Below are positions 1 through 10,040 of a DNA stretch of 64,000 nt, in pieces (position 1 is the first letter of the stretch; the number at the start of each line of letters is the position of its first letter). The translations under genes and the position numbers were made by a program. The stretch is from Planctomycetota bacterium. GTDB taxonomy: Bacteria; Planctomycetota; UBA8108; SXIK01. The notes below the pieces were generated by a model, which had not been told where the DNA came from, searched no databases, and saw only the letters and a list, made by a program, of their open reading frames with translations. The stretch lies in NCBI GenBank assembly GCA_965223265.1, contig OZ244999.1:8032001-8096000 (forward strand). The letters are read 5' to 3'.

Positions 1-506
1 AACGCGGGCTCACCGCGTGCGTTCTTCGAGCGACCCAGGAAGATCCACGCCATGACCGCCACGATTCCAGCGCCCAGGATGGTGACGATCCAGACGCTGT
101 TTCGACGGATGAACTCGACCAGCTGCTGGAAGTGCCGCTTTGTGCCTTGCCTTGAAGTCGAGGCTTTCGTCGCTTCGCTATCGGCCGCCGCCGACTTGTT
201 TTTGGAATCGCCGCGCGGATCTTTTCCTTCGGTCCGCCGTTGAGCGCGCCGTTGGCTCGACTTGGCGGCGCGTCTTTGTTCCTCGCGCTTTTTTCGAGCG
301 GCCGTCGGATCGAGGCGATTGCGCAGTCGCTCGCGGGCGTTCCGACTGGCGGCGTCGCGCTTGGGCTGTGTCGCGTCGCTTCTTTTCGGTTGTGATTGTG
401 CCAGTAAGACGCTAGAGTTCCGACCTTGGTCGAGCGGCGTGAGCCAGCACAGCGACAGGGTCAGCAGAGTCAGGATGGGTGGGGCTGCATGGCGGAGTCG
501 AGTCAT
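1..506 (-). CDS. Hypothetical membrane protein, truncated at the left window edge
   Basis: Not in the ORF track. Manual translation from ATG at 506 gives MTRLRHAAPPILTLLTLSLCW (signal-like), a basic linker and a TM helix (SVWIVTILGAGIVAVMAWIFL); open to the edge. Confidence 0.65.
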   Translation of the reverse strand, partial: MTRLRHAAPPILTLLTLSLCWLTPLDQGRNSSVLLAQSQPKRSDATQPKRDAASRNARERLRNRLDPTAARKKREEQRRAAKSSQRRAQRRTEGKDPRGDSKNKSAAADSEATKASTSRQGTKRHFQQLVEFIRRNSVWIVTILGAGIVAVMAWIFLGRSKNARGEPA

Positions 507-851
507 CGGGCGTTTGCGCCTTGGAGCTGTCGTTGGGAGTGGAGCGCCGAGCGGTTTTCTGAAGCCGGAGGGCGAATTCGTTGCCCAATCACTACGGGCC
601 GCCGTTTTCCGCTGGCTCCGTTCTCGGCTGGATCGGACTGTCGGGAAAGGTTTCCGAAGATTGGGAATTGGACTCTGGGAAGACGTTCTGGAGTCAACGT
701 CAGGAGCGTGGCGTCCGGGGAGTCATTTCTACGGTTCGCGCGCTCGGAGGTGGGGGGAACACCCTGCGCTCGGGTATTCTTAACCCGATCATACCAGGAA
801 CTCCACCGAGCAGAACTGCACATTTCTTGAAGACTCCGCGAAACTGAGCGT

Positions 852-1877
852 ATGTCTCTCCCGGTACTCGAGTTGCGAGGCGTGGCGCAGCGCTACGGGC
901 GTCACGAGGTCCTCCGTGAGCTCGACTTGAGCGTCGCGTCGGGCGAGATCTATGGCCTTCTTGGTCTCAACGGTGCCGGCAAAACGACCGCGCTCCGTCT
1001 TCTTCTCGGCATGATGCGCCCCGATGCTGGAGAGGTTCGGCTTCTTGGTCGAACTGCCCGAGACGCTGAGGTCCGGCGTCAGGTTGGCGTCTTGTTCGAA
1101 GACTACGCCGCCTATCCGTACCTCACCGGGCGGCAGCAACTCAGAGCGGTGGCGCGCCTCCATGGTGTTTCCGGAACCGAGCTGCGCCAAGCCGTGGAGT
1201 TTTGGCTCGACCGCGTCGGCCTGGGCGGCGCAGCCAACGAGAGAGTTCGGCGCTATTCGCTTGGCATGGTCAGGCGCCTTGGGATCGCGGCGGCCCTCGT
1301 GCACTCACCGCGGGTCGTCTTCTTTGACGAGCCGACCAACGGCCTCGACCCACAGGGGATCCAGGAGCTGCGGGAGTTGGTACTGGCGCTCAACCGCGAG
1401 TCACAGACGACCTTCTTCATCTCGAGCCATATCTTGAGCGAGGTCGAGAAGGTGTGCGATCGCGTTGGGATTCTGCACTGCGCGCGCGTCGTTCGCGAAG
1501 GCACGATCGCAGAGTTGACCGGCGTGCCGCGTGCAACCTCCGGGGGCAAGGGTGCACGACCGCGACGCTATTCTCTGCGCGTCGACGACACCGCGGCGGT
1601 GCGGGGAATTGTGGAGTCGATGGAAGGCGTCGAGTTGCTCGCGTCCGAACCGATCGCTCCAGGGCCCGACACCCGCCGTGGCGTCGAGCTGATCCTGACG
1701 CTGCCGGAGACGGCGGCCCCCGAATTGGTGCGCAGGCTTGTTAGCGCCGGCGCCTCGATATACGCGCTGACGCTGCGCGAGCGCAGCCTGGAAGATGTTT
1801 TTCGTGCTGTCGTCACCGCCGAGGCGTCCGCGCCGAGCGGCGGCGATGTGACGCCCGCCAGCAGGGGGTCGACGTGA
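852..1877 (+). CDS. ABC transporter ATP-binding protein (ABC-2/BcrA-like)
   Basis: Walker A GLNGAGKTT, signature YSLGM, Walker B VFFDEP, H-loop SSH. Confidence 0.95.
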   Translation: MSLPVLELRGVAQRYGRHEVLRELDLSVASGEIYGLLGLNGAGKTTALRLLLGMMRPDAGEVRLLGRTARDAEVRRQVGVLFEDYAAYPYLTGRQQLRAVARLHGVSGTELRQAVEFWLDRVGLGGAANERVRRYSLGMVRRLGIAAALVHSPRVVFFDEPTNGLDPQGIQELRELVLALNRESQTTFFISSHILSEVEKVCDRVGILHCARVVREGTIAELTGVPRATSGGKGARPRRYSLRVDDTAAVRGIVESMEGVELLASEPIAPGPDTRRGVELILTLPETAAPELVRRLVSAGASIYALTLRERSLEDVFRAVVTAEASAPSGGDVTPASRGST

Positions 1878-2707
1878 AGCTGCGTCAGCTCTTGTCTCTT
1901 GAGGCGACGAAGATGACCCGCCAGCGGCTGTCGCAGGTGACGCTCTTCGTACCGCTCGCGCTCGCCGCCAGCCTGCCGCAGCTCTTTTGGCTTCTTGAGA
2001 GCATCGCTCCCGAGGGCGGGTTCGAAGTGCTGACGCGGACGTTCGAGCTGACCCTGCTGCTCGCCTGTTATCTCTTGCTGCTGCAGTCGGCGGCGTCGGT
2101 GGCCGGCGAGTACCAAGACGGAACACTGCGAAACCTTCTCGTCACTCCGGCGCGGCGCAGCGAAATCGTCCTGGCGCGATGGATCGCATTGAGCGTGACG
2201 GCGCTGATCGTTCTGGTCACGGTCAGCATCGTCGCGGCGGCATCGACGGCGCTGCATTTTTCGTTCGACGATGTCTATGAAGAGGCGATCGAGCCGCTCG
2301 CCGAGGCTTCAGAGTTGCGGGACTTCTCGGTGGTGAGCATTCTTCACCTGATCCTGCCCCTCTGTGCTTTGGTATCGTTCGGGCTTTGCCTTTCGTTTTT
2401 TAGCTCGGCGCCGGCGCCGGCGGCCGCGGCTGCTCTCGGCGGTCTGCTCATCCTCGATATCGTCAAGTCCATCCTCCCAGCCGGCAGTGCGGCGCGGCGT
2501 TACTTGGTGAATAGTTACTTGCCAACGCTTTTCGACGAGACATCCTATCTGCAGGGCACCGCCGCCTACGCGAGAGGTTTTGCGGACCGCTTGTGGCTGC
2601 CCGACGCGCCGGAGCACAGCTTCGCGGTGATGGTGCCAGTCGCCACGGCGGTGCTGTTTGTCGGCGTTTCGCTCCTGCTCTTTTCACGACGCAGTTTTGT
2701 CAAGTGA
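1874..2707 (+). CDS. ABC-2 type transporter permease
   Basis: About 6 TM helices, motif EYQDGTLRNLLVTPARRSEIVLARW, GTGA overlap with the ATPase gene. Confidence 0.9.
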   Translation: MKLRQLLSLEATKMTRQRLSQVTLFVPLALAASLPQLFWLLESIAPEGGFEVLTRTFELTLLLACYLLLLQSAASVAGEYQDGTLRNLLVTPARRSEIVLARWIALSVTALIVLVTVSIVAAASTALHFSFDDVYEEAIEPLAEASELRDFSVVSILHLILPLCALVSFGLCLSFFSSAPAPAAAAALGGLLILDIVKSILPAGSAARRYLVNSYLPTLFDETSYLQGTAAYARGFADRLWLPDAPEHSFAVMVPVATAVLFVGVSLLLFSRRSFVK

Positions 2708-2969
2708 CGGATACCCCCGGCGCCACCAACAAAGTGACCGCGGTAGGACCAGTGACCGGTAGAACCATCGCTTCGCTCGGCGGAGAGCTTGGCGTGTTCG
2801 TCTCGTCGTCGGAAGGGGCCGAAAGGTCTTTGGAATACAGTCAACGCGCTCGGCGTTGCCGGCGCACAACGGCTGAGCTCACGGCGAGCAGTGGAACTGC
2901 CGGCCGGACCTGTGGGCACGCGGCGCGGCGCGACAGACACCACCACCAGCCCTCGAGAATGCGCAGCCC

Positions 2970-3851
2970 ATGACTCCCGCCATCTGCAGCTTATCCCTGA
3001 TCCTCTGGACGAGCGCGCCAGCGCCTGAGAGCTACTTTGGGGCTCACACGTCGCTGCCGCAATTCTCGGCGGAGGTCGATGAGTTTGACGGTGACGACGA
3101 AGTCGCGGGCGGCGTCCTCGTGTTTGCGGTCGTGGAGAACTCGCCAGCTGCGCAGGCAGGACTGCAGCCCGGCGACCGCGTTGTCGCCTTCAACGACCAC
3201 CCTGTGCGCAGCCCGGCGCAGCTTCAGCAGCTCGTGCGCGCCACGACGATCGGCGCTGATGTCGTCACCCGTGTCGTCCGCGATGACCGTCTCCTCGATT
3301 TGAAGTCCCGGACCGTGCGGCGGCTCGTGCCGCGGATCGAGCCCTCTGTGCGCGGTCATATCGAGTCGCGACGGCTGGGAGTTGTCGTCGAGGACGTGCG
3401 TGCCGCGGCGAGCGAAACAGCCGGGCTTGCAGGCGTCCGCGGCGTGCGCCTGCGTCGCCTGCTCAAGGGCAGTCCCGTGTCGCCTAAGAGACTGCGGCGT
3501 GGCGATCTGATACTCGCGGTTAACGATGAGAACGTGTACGGCGGGGAAGATTTTCTCGTCCTCGTGGATCGGCTCGGCGGCGGCGAGAAGGTGGAGCTCG
3601 GCGTGCGACGCGGCGAGCAAGATCTCAATGTCAAGCTCACGACCCGCGACCCGGGAGCGCACATCGCGGAGTTCAGTTTGCCGCTTCTTATCGATTACGA
3701 GCGCGAGCCGCATCGTCGTCGCACGAAGTTCGGCCTGTTGCCGTTCGACATGATCAAGTACGAGCGCAACGAAAACGAGCGCGAGTACTGTATTCTCTGG
3801 TTCATCTGCTGTCAGACCGGCTCGAACGATGAGCTCGAGGAGATGGAATGA
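2970..3851 (+). CDS. Secreted tandem PDZ-domain protein
   Basis: Signal-like N-terminus; two PDZ motifs (SPAAQAGLQPGDRVVAFND; RRGDLILAVND). Confidence 0.85.
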   Translation: MTPAICSLSLILWTSAPAPESYFGAHTSLPQFSAEVDEFDGDDEVAGGVLVFAVVENSPAAQAGLQPGDRVVAFNDHPVRSPAQLQQLVRATTIGADVVTRVVRDDRLLDLKSRTVRRLVPRIEPSVRGHIESRRLGVVVEDVRAAASETAGLAGVRGVRLRRLLKGSPVSPKRLRRGDLILAVNDENVYGGEDFLVLVDRLGGGEKVELGVRRGEQDLNVKLTTRDPGAHIAEFSLPLLIDYEREPHRRRTKFGLLPFDMIKYERNENEREYCILWFICCQTGSNDELEEME

Positions 3852-5374
3852 GTCCGGGGCCGTCAGCTTTTCACCGCCGGCGAGGGGCGGTCAGCTCGAG
3901 ACGATACCAAGCTCTTCGAGCTGCCTGCCTGACGATCACGCTTGGCGCTGCTCCGCTCGCCTTCCTTGGCGCTGCCGAAGAGATCTTCGTCGCCGGCGAG
4001 ATCTCGGCGCTGCTTCTTCGTGACATCGATCTCGATGGGCGTGACGATATCTTGGTTTCGTTTGCTGCCTCGGGGCAGCGTTCAGTGGCGCTGTTTCGCA
4101 ATCAGAAACGGTTTTCGGCCGCGCCCGACCAGGTGGTGCCGATCGATCCGCAGGCGATCTTTTTCGCGGTGCGCGATTACGACCCCGCTCCCGGGCTGGA
4201 GCTCGTTCTGATGTCGCGCTCCAGCGGGGTTCTCCTGCCGCTCGTGGGGACCGCGCCGCCGCGTCGTCTGCTCGCCTGTGAGGCGTTTTTCAATCTACCG
4301 AGCCGCGAGGAGCTGCCGGCCTGGTTTTCGACGCTGCCGCTCGATCTTGACGCCGACGGCACCGAGGACTTCATCGTCGCCGAACGGGATCGTCTGAAGC
4401 TCCTCTTTGGGCCGCCACGTCCGGCTCGCGACTTCGCATGGGGCGGTGACGTTGGAATCGATCTCGCGGTTCAGTTTTACACACTCGTCGATGGGCGCCA
4501 GGAGCGCATTCGTCGATCGGTGGCGGACTTTGCCGGTCTGTCAGGCGACGACGACTACCTCCTTCAGAGCGCCGGCGCATTTCCTTTTCCGATCTTCAAA
4601 GACTTCGACGGTAACGGTCTGACCGACGTGATCGTGAAGACCGCAGGTCGCCGCCTCGACATTCACTTTCAGACGCAGCCGCGTCGCTTCTCGCGGCGAT
4701 CGCTCGGCGAACAGAAGTGGCTCAAGGGGACCTCGAGCGTGTCGTTTCGGGACGTGAACGGCGATGGCAAACTCGACGTGATCGCTTCGCAGCTTCTCCT
4801 GCGCGACCTCGCCACGGAGGTGCGGGTCTATTTACAGGACCCCGCCGACGAGGAGCTCGGCCTCGGTCGCCCCCACCAGATTCTGCGTTCAAGCGGCTTC
4901 TTCTCGCGGCCGCGGTTTGGGGACAGCAGCGGGGACGGCCGCGCCGATCTGATCGTGACTCCGTACCGTGTGGACCTTCTCGAGCAGCTGAAGCGTGAGA
5001 CGGTTGACGAAGTGGAGATCTCGTACCAAGTGTACGAAGCCGCCGCGAGCGGCGGTTTCAAGAGACGGCCAACGATGCAGCGCGATTTCGTCGTCCGCAC
5101 CGGCGTTCTTGAGGCGAGCGACGAGGCGCCGATCGTCTGCGATCAGGATTTCGATGGCGACGGCCGTGTCGATGTTCTTTACATTGACCGCGGTGGGCTC
5201 CTTCGCCTTGAGTGCGTGCGTGGTGAGGCGAGCTTAGAGGAGGAACGTAGCGCTGCCGCGCGAGTTCGAAATCCCCGCCGCATCCGCACCGGAGATCTCG
5301 ACGCGCGCCCGGGGGTCGAAGCTCTTCTCGTGTTCGAGCGCTCAGTTCAGATTCACCGGTTGCAGAGCCCATGA
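3848..5374 (+). CDS. FG-GAP/VCBS repeat protein
   Basis: Repeated DxDxDGxxD Ca-binding loops (DIDLDGRDD, DLDADGTED, DFDGNGLTD, DVNGDGKLD, DFDGDGRVD); ATGA coupling to the upstream gene. Confidence 0.85.
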   Translation: MSPGPSAFHRRRGAVSSRRYQALRAACLTITLGAAPLAFLGAAEEIFVAGEISALLLRDIDLDGRDDILVSFAASGQRSVALFRNQKRFSAAPDQVVPIDPQAIFFAVRDYDPAPGLELVLMSRSSGVLLPLVGTAPPRRLLACEAFFNLPSREELPAWFSTLPLDLDADGTEDFIVAERDRLKLLFGPPRPARDFAWGGDVGIDLAVQFYTLVDGRQERIRRSVADFAGLSGDDDYLLQSAGAFPFPIFKDFDGNGLTDVIVKTAGRRLDIHFQTQPRRFSRRSLGEQKWLKGTSSVSFRDVNGDGKLDVIASQLLLRDLATEVRVYLQDPADEELGLGRPHQILRSSGFFSRPRFGDSSGDGRADLIVTPYRVDLLEQLKRETVDEVEISYQVYEAAASGGFKRRPTMQRDFVVRTGVLEASDEAPIVCDQDFDGDGRVDVLYIDRGGLLRLECVRGEASLEEERSAAARVRNPRRIRTGDLDARPGVEALLVFERSVQIHRLQSP

Positions 5375-7140
5375 GTGCCGGATCGCAGCGGCGAGTCGCC
5401 CGAACGCTGATCTCCTGGGCCTGTGTTGCCGTGTCGTTCTCTGCCACTTTTCGAGCGGCCGGCTACGCCGCCGAGGCGGATCTTTCCTACCGGGCCGTGA
5501 CTCTTGACCTCGGCAGTTACGTACGCCACCTGCACTGGGGAAGCCGCCGCGGCACGGGCAAACTCGATCTCTTCGTCTTGAGCGGCAACGCCGTGCGCAT
5601 TTGGTGGCAGGGAGCGAGCGGATTCGGGCGTCGCCCGACCGAAGCGCTCGAGCTTCCCGAGGCGGAGAGCATCGTCGATTTCGGCAACCTCGCCGGTGAC
5701 GCGGGCGAAGAAGTGGTCGTTGTGACGCGGCGGGGAGTGTTTGTCGATCGCCGCCATGAGGGCGGTGCCAGCGAGCCTCCGGCCGACTCAAGTGCGAAGG
5801 ATGCGGAGCGTATCACCCCCGACGGTGCGTTTCGACGTTGGCGACTCGAGCGCAGCGGCGCGGGCGGCATCGGTGGTCCAGTGGTGATTCCCTTCGAGCC
5901 CACGGTGGCGCCGATTCTTGTCGATCTGCTGCCGCCGCACACGCATCCCGAGGTCGTTGTGCCGCGTCAGCGTCGCTATGAGATCTATTCGCCGCGCGGC
6001 GACGTGCTCCGAGGCGTCGCCATGCTCGAGGCGTCGCATCGCGTCGTCGTCGATCCTGGCGGCGATGAAATCCTCGATCCGATGCAACTCGAGGTCGACG
6101 TGCGAAGCCTCGAGTTCGATGACGTCAACGGTGACGGACGCGTCGACATCGTCGTCGCCGACGGTGACAACCGTAGTTTTTACCTCCAATCGCCGCAAGG
6201 ATTTTCGAGCGCACCGTCGTTTCGCTTTGACATGGAACGCCTGGCGCTGGGCTCGAGTCGCCGGAACCGACCGCAAAAGCCTCCGTCTCCCGGGGACATT
6301 GAGCTCAACCCAGCGCTGCGGCCGCGTTTTCACGCCGTCGACTTCGACGCCGACGGCCGCCAGGACTACATGATCGCCTCCGGCCAAGTCGTGCAGATCT
6401 ACTTCGGCGGCGCCGCTGGCGCTGACTTTGGAAGGCCGCACTTAGCTCGAAAACTCAGCGGTGAGGTGCAAGGTGTGGGCAGCTTCGACGTCAACAGTGA
6501 CGGTCGCCTCGACGTCGTCGTGGTGAAGTTCGATTTTCCCAGCGTCGCCAGAATCCTTGCCGCCTACTTCATTTCGATGCGGCTCGACTTTGAGGTGTTG
6601 GCGTACTTCAACCGCGACGGAAGGCGTTTCTCTCGACGGCCGGATACCAAGCTCGTGTTGACGCTGAAGGTGCCGCCGCTGCGCAGTATTCTGGAGAATT
6701 TCGACACGTTCGCGTCCGAGTTTCTCGACGCTGTTTCGGAGCAGGTGAAGTACGCAAAGGGTGACGTCAACGCAGATGGCCTACCTGACGCTGTGTTCGT
6801 CGACCCCGACGGCTTTGTGCGAGTTTTTCTAGGGCGCGCCTCCGACGCGGAGCGCATGGCCGACTCGCATCTGCTCGGCGACCTCTTTTTTCGCAGCGAT
6901 CAACGCGTTTGGGAGCTGGAGGAGTTTCTTGCCCACGTCTCCGGTGCCGCGCGCCGCGTTGCCCGGGAGCGATTGTCAGATCGGCGCCCCGACGTCTTCC
7001 TGCCGATCGACCGCGACTTCGCGAGCCACCGCCGTACCGCCCTGCGTCTGCTTGACGTCAACGCCGATGGTCGGCTGGACGTGATCCTCTGGCTGCGGGG
7101 GACACTCAAGATTTTCCTGTCGAACGGCCCGCAGGAGTAG
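5371..7140 (+). CDS. FG-GAP/VCBS repeat protein
   Basis: DVNGDGRVD, DFDADGRQD, DVNSDGRLD, DVNADGLPD, DVNADGRLD repeats; signal peptide; ATGA coupling. Confidence 0.85.
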   Translation: MSAGSQRRVARTLISWACVAVSFSATFRAAGYAAEADLSYRAVTLDLGSYVRHLHWGSRRGTGKLDLFVLSGNAVRIWWQGASGFGRRPTEALELPEAESIVDFGNLAGDAGEEVVVVTRRGVFVDRRHEGGASEPPADSSAKDAERITPDGAFRRWRLERSGAGGIGGPVVIPFEPTVAPILVDLLPPHTHPEVVVPRQRRYEIYSPRGDVLRGVAMLEASHRVVVDPGGDEILDPMQLEVDVRSLEFDDVNGDGRVDIVVADGDNRSFYLQSPQGFSSAPSFRFDMERLALGSSRRNRPQKPPSPGDIELNPALRPRFHAVDFDADGRQDYMIASGQVVQIYFGGAAGADFGRPHLARKLSGEVQGVGSFDVNSDGRLDVVVVKFDFPSVARILAAYFISMRLDFEVLAYFNRDGRRFSRRPDTKLVLTLKVPPLRSILENFDTFASEFLDAVSEQVKYAKGDVNADGLPDAVFVDPDGFVRVFLGRASDAERMADSHLLGDLFFRSDQRVWELEEFLAHVSGAARRVARERLSDRRPDVFLPIDRDFASHRRTALRLLDVNADGRLDVILWLRGTLKIFLSNGPQE

Positions 7141-7280
7141 GCAGAAGCGTGGAATTGGGCCGTTCGCTGGGGCTCCGGCGATGCTATAGTGTGGCGGCTT
7201 TTTTTGGGCGCTTGCGCCGCCGCGGAGCGCTGACCCCACCCGAGACGGCGGAGCTATCAAGAGCAAGAGGTAAAACGAAC

Positions 7281-7553
7281 ATGGCTGAGAATCAGGAAGC
7301 GGCGGGCGACGCAGCCGCGGCCAGCGAGGTTGCCGACGAAAACACCGCCGCCGTCGTCAGCGAGCGGCCACCGCTGGTGATCAAACGGGGCACGCGGATT
7401 CAGATGGGGCCGCGGCGCGGTCGCATCGATCAAGTGCGCGGCGACCCTGTCTACGACGTGCGCGTCAAGTGGGAGGGAGAGAAGTACCCGCAGTTCCTTC
7501 TCTACCAAAGTCTCAAGCGCCAGTACGAGCTCGGAAACCTTCGCTGCGAGTGA
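7281..7553 (+). CDS. Small hypothetical protein (acidic N-terminus, SH3/KOW-like C-terminal region)
   Basis: ATG at 7281 after GAGG RBS; extended -10-like TGCTATAGT at 7182-7190; TGATG coupling to the next gene. Confidence 0.65.
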   Translation: MAENQEAAGDAAAASEVADENTAAVVSERPPLVIKRGTRIQMGPRRGRIDQVRGDPVYDVRVKWEGEKYPQFLLYQSLKRQYELGNLRCE

Positions 7554-8536
7554 TGGAGCGCGGCGGCGTGCAGCTCCGGTCCTGCGGCGGCAGCGCGCTG
7601 AAGGTTTCCGAGCTAGGCGTCGGCTGCTGGCAGCTCGGAGGGCGCGGCTGGGGGCGGGTGTCGCAGCGCGATGTGGTCGCAGCCCTAGTGCTCGCTTGTG
7701 AGCGCGGGGTGAATCTTTTTGATACGGCTGCGGTGTATGGCTTCGGCGTCTCCGAGACACTTTTGGGGCAGGCGCTCAAACAATTTCGTACGGCGGCGGT
7801 GGTGGTCTCGAAAGGCGGCCTGGTGTGGGACTGGCGCCGGCGCGTGCGCCACGACGCCTCGCCGGAGAGTTTGCGCCAGCAGCTCGAGGCGAGCCTCGTG
7901 CGCCTGGGGCGCGATCACATCGATCTCTATCTGCTGCACTGGCCTGATGCGCAGACGCCGCTGGAAGCATCGGTTGAAGCCCTCGATGGTTTCGTCGATG
8001 CGGGGTTGATCCGGGCGTGGGGCGTCTCGAACCACAGCGACGACCTGGTCGCGCAAGCAGTGACCGCGGCGACCCCGCGGCCAGGAGCGGCGGCACCGGT
8101 GATCGAACTGCCGCTCAACGCGCTCGATTTTTATCCCCGTGCCTATCGCACTTCGGCGGCAGCCGGCGCCGAGCTCATGCGGCTGGCGGTGGCCCACGGC
8201 CTCGGCGTGATTGCCTTCGATGTGCTGGCGCGCGGCTACCTGGCGCGGCCAGAAGTCTCCTCTCCGGGACGACGCGACGTGCGTCGTGAGGACGAGCGAT
8301 TCTGCGCACCGCCACTGCACCAGACCGTTCAACGAGCACGCTTTTTCGAACTCGCGGCCGCGCTTGGAGTCGCGCCCGCCGCGCTCGCGGTGCGGGCGAC
8401 GTTGTCGCGGCCAGGTGTGTCGTCGGCGCTCGTCGGTGTGAAGTCGACGCAGCAGCTCGAGGAGTGCCTCGGCTACTCAGAAGTCGAGCTGCCGAGCGAG
8501 CTCAGGAGCGGCGTGCTCGAGCGGCCAGAGGACTAG
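7553..8536 (+). CDS. Aldo/keto reductase
   Basis: VSELGVGCWQLGG, FDTAAVYGFG.SE, SLVRLGRDHIDLYLLHWPD, WGVSN motifs. Confidence 0.92.
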   Translation: MERGGVQLRSCGGSALKVSELGVGCWQLGGRGWGRVSQRDVVAALVLACERGVNLFDTAAVYGFGVSETLLGQALKQFRTAAVVVSKGGLVWDWRRRVRHDASPESLRQQLEASLVRLGRDHIDLYLLHWPDAQTPLEASVEALDGFVDAGLIRAWGVSNHSDDLVAQAVTAATPRPGAAAPVIELPLNALDFYPRAYRTSAAAGAELMRLAVAHGLGVIAFDVLARGYLARPEVSSPGRRDVRREDERFCAPPLHQTVQRARFFELAAALGVAPAALAVRATLSRPGVSSALVGVKSTQQLEECLGYSEVELPSELRSGVLERPED

Positions 8537-8646
8537 CCCAGCACTAGCAGCCCGTCTTGCGTGCCGGCCGTCAACCGCAGACGCGGTTTCGAGTTGCGGG
8601 CACGCCCCGAGTTCGAACGCGGTCGTCCCATCCCATCTGCGCGAGG

Positions 8647-9567
8647 CTAACCGAACAGCTCGTCGCGCGGCGGCGGGGCGCTGACCTGTTCCAGCCAAGC
8701 GATACACGCTGCGAGGCTTTTCTGCTCGGTGACCGTCCTTGTCGGCAGGAGCCAAAACGGAAGCTCGTTGAGAGCGGGGATGCGCTCTCTCCAGTCAAGC
8801 TGTCCATGACCTGGCAGGCAGGAGGGGGCATCTTCGCCTGCGCCCGGCGCATCTCCCGGCGTATCTCGCAGTGTCGCACCAACGACGGCTTCGCCGAATT
8901 GCCGCCACGCTGCTGTGTCGACCTCCTCCCCCACCTTGGATTCCTCCTCCGCCGCCGCAGACTCACGGGCGTCGGCAAGCGTGTCCGGCCACACCCCGAT
9001 CGGCGCGCCGCGAAACTCGTGCAGTAAGCGCGTCGTCTCGGCGCTGTTCGGCAGCATGCCGAGCTCAGCCACAGGCGTCACGAGCAGCTGCACGCTGGCC
9101 CGTTCGGCAGCGCTGAGCAGTCGATCAACGCTGCTGAGGAACGAGTCGAAATGGCGCTCGGCGAGCTCATGGCGGCGACGGTTCGCCACGGCTCTCGGCG
9201 AGCCCGGGGAATTGACCCAGGCGTCGATCCGAACGCTCGGCAGAAAGACGTACCCGAGCGTGAATGCGCTGGCGAAACGGATCGACTCGGCGCCGATGTT
9301 CTCCGCATCGCGCTTGTCTTCTCGGTGGAGAGTTCCGAGGCGCAGAGGACACGGCATGCCCGGGTGGAGGCCGCGCGGTAGCGGCGTGAAGAGCTCGCAG
9401 CCGAACAGAACGCCCGCAGGGAGGTCGGTGCGAAGTCGCTGCCAGTCGCGCCGGTAGAATGGCTGTGACAGGACCACGGATTCGCAGCCGGCGTCGAGGC
9501 AAGTCGACGTTTGTGCGTTAACGTCGCTGGCGTCCGAGTGGCGAACCGAGGCGATGATTCGAGGCAT
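8647..9567 (-). CDS. Xylose isomerase-like TIM-barrel (sugar phosphate isomerase/epimerase family) protein, divergent
   Basis: RBS AGGGAG before ATG at 9567. Patterns LLSAAERASVQL, PIGVWPDT and PGHGQLDW resemble the AP_endonuc_2 family, but metal ligands look degenerate. Confidence 0.55.
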   Translation of the reverse strand: MPRIIASVRHSDASDVNAQTSTCLDAGCESVVLSQPFYRRDWQRLRTDLPAGVLFGCELFTPLPRGLHPGMPCPLRLGTLHREDKRDAENIGAESIRFASAFTLGYVFLPSVRIDAWVNSPGSPRAVANRRRHELAERHFDSFLSSVDRLLSAAERASVQLLVTPVAELGMLPNSAETTRLLHEFRGAPIGVWPDTLADARESAAAEEESKVGEEVDTAAWRQFGEAVVGATLRDTPGDAPGAGEDAPSCLPGHGQLDWRERIPALNELPFWLLPTRTVTEQKSLAACIAWLEQVSAPPPRDELFG

Positions 9568-10040
9568 CGAATCGCATCTCCCTAAACAGCCCGTGACCAA
9601 AGCCTTCAAGAGGCGATCGATAGTGCCCGCTGCGGGCGAAGTTTGCGACGACAAAGCTTGGTGTCGAGCGACTGTCGTGTTGCACTTGCCCTCGCCGGCG
9701 GGCGCTTCAAGGCGCCGGACCGTGGACTACTTTGTTTCGAGACTTGTTCTCTTGCCACGTCACCGAGAGTGGTCCGTCCCTGTTCTCTCCGTTCCCGACT
9801 GCGGTCCCTCGCGCGACCGGCGTCGTTCGGCAGCCGAGCGTTCGGTTCACCGCGCTGCCAGCCTTTATTTGGCTCTGCAGCTGACGTATAGTCAGGGACT
9901 CGCGGTCGCGCCCACGGGCCGTGTCCCGGCGCCCGTTGCGGTGATTCCGCTCCGCCCGTCACTCGTCTCACGTGACTGATCGCGTTTCGTATTCTTCGTC
10001 ATTTTTCTTCGAATAGATCCTTTCGCAGCGAGGTTCGGCA

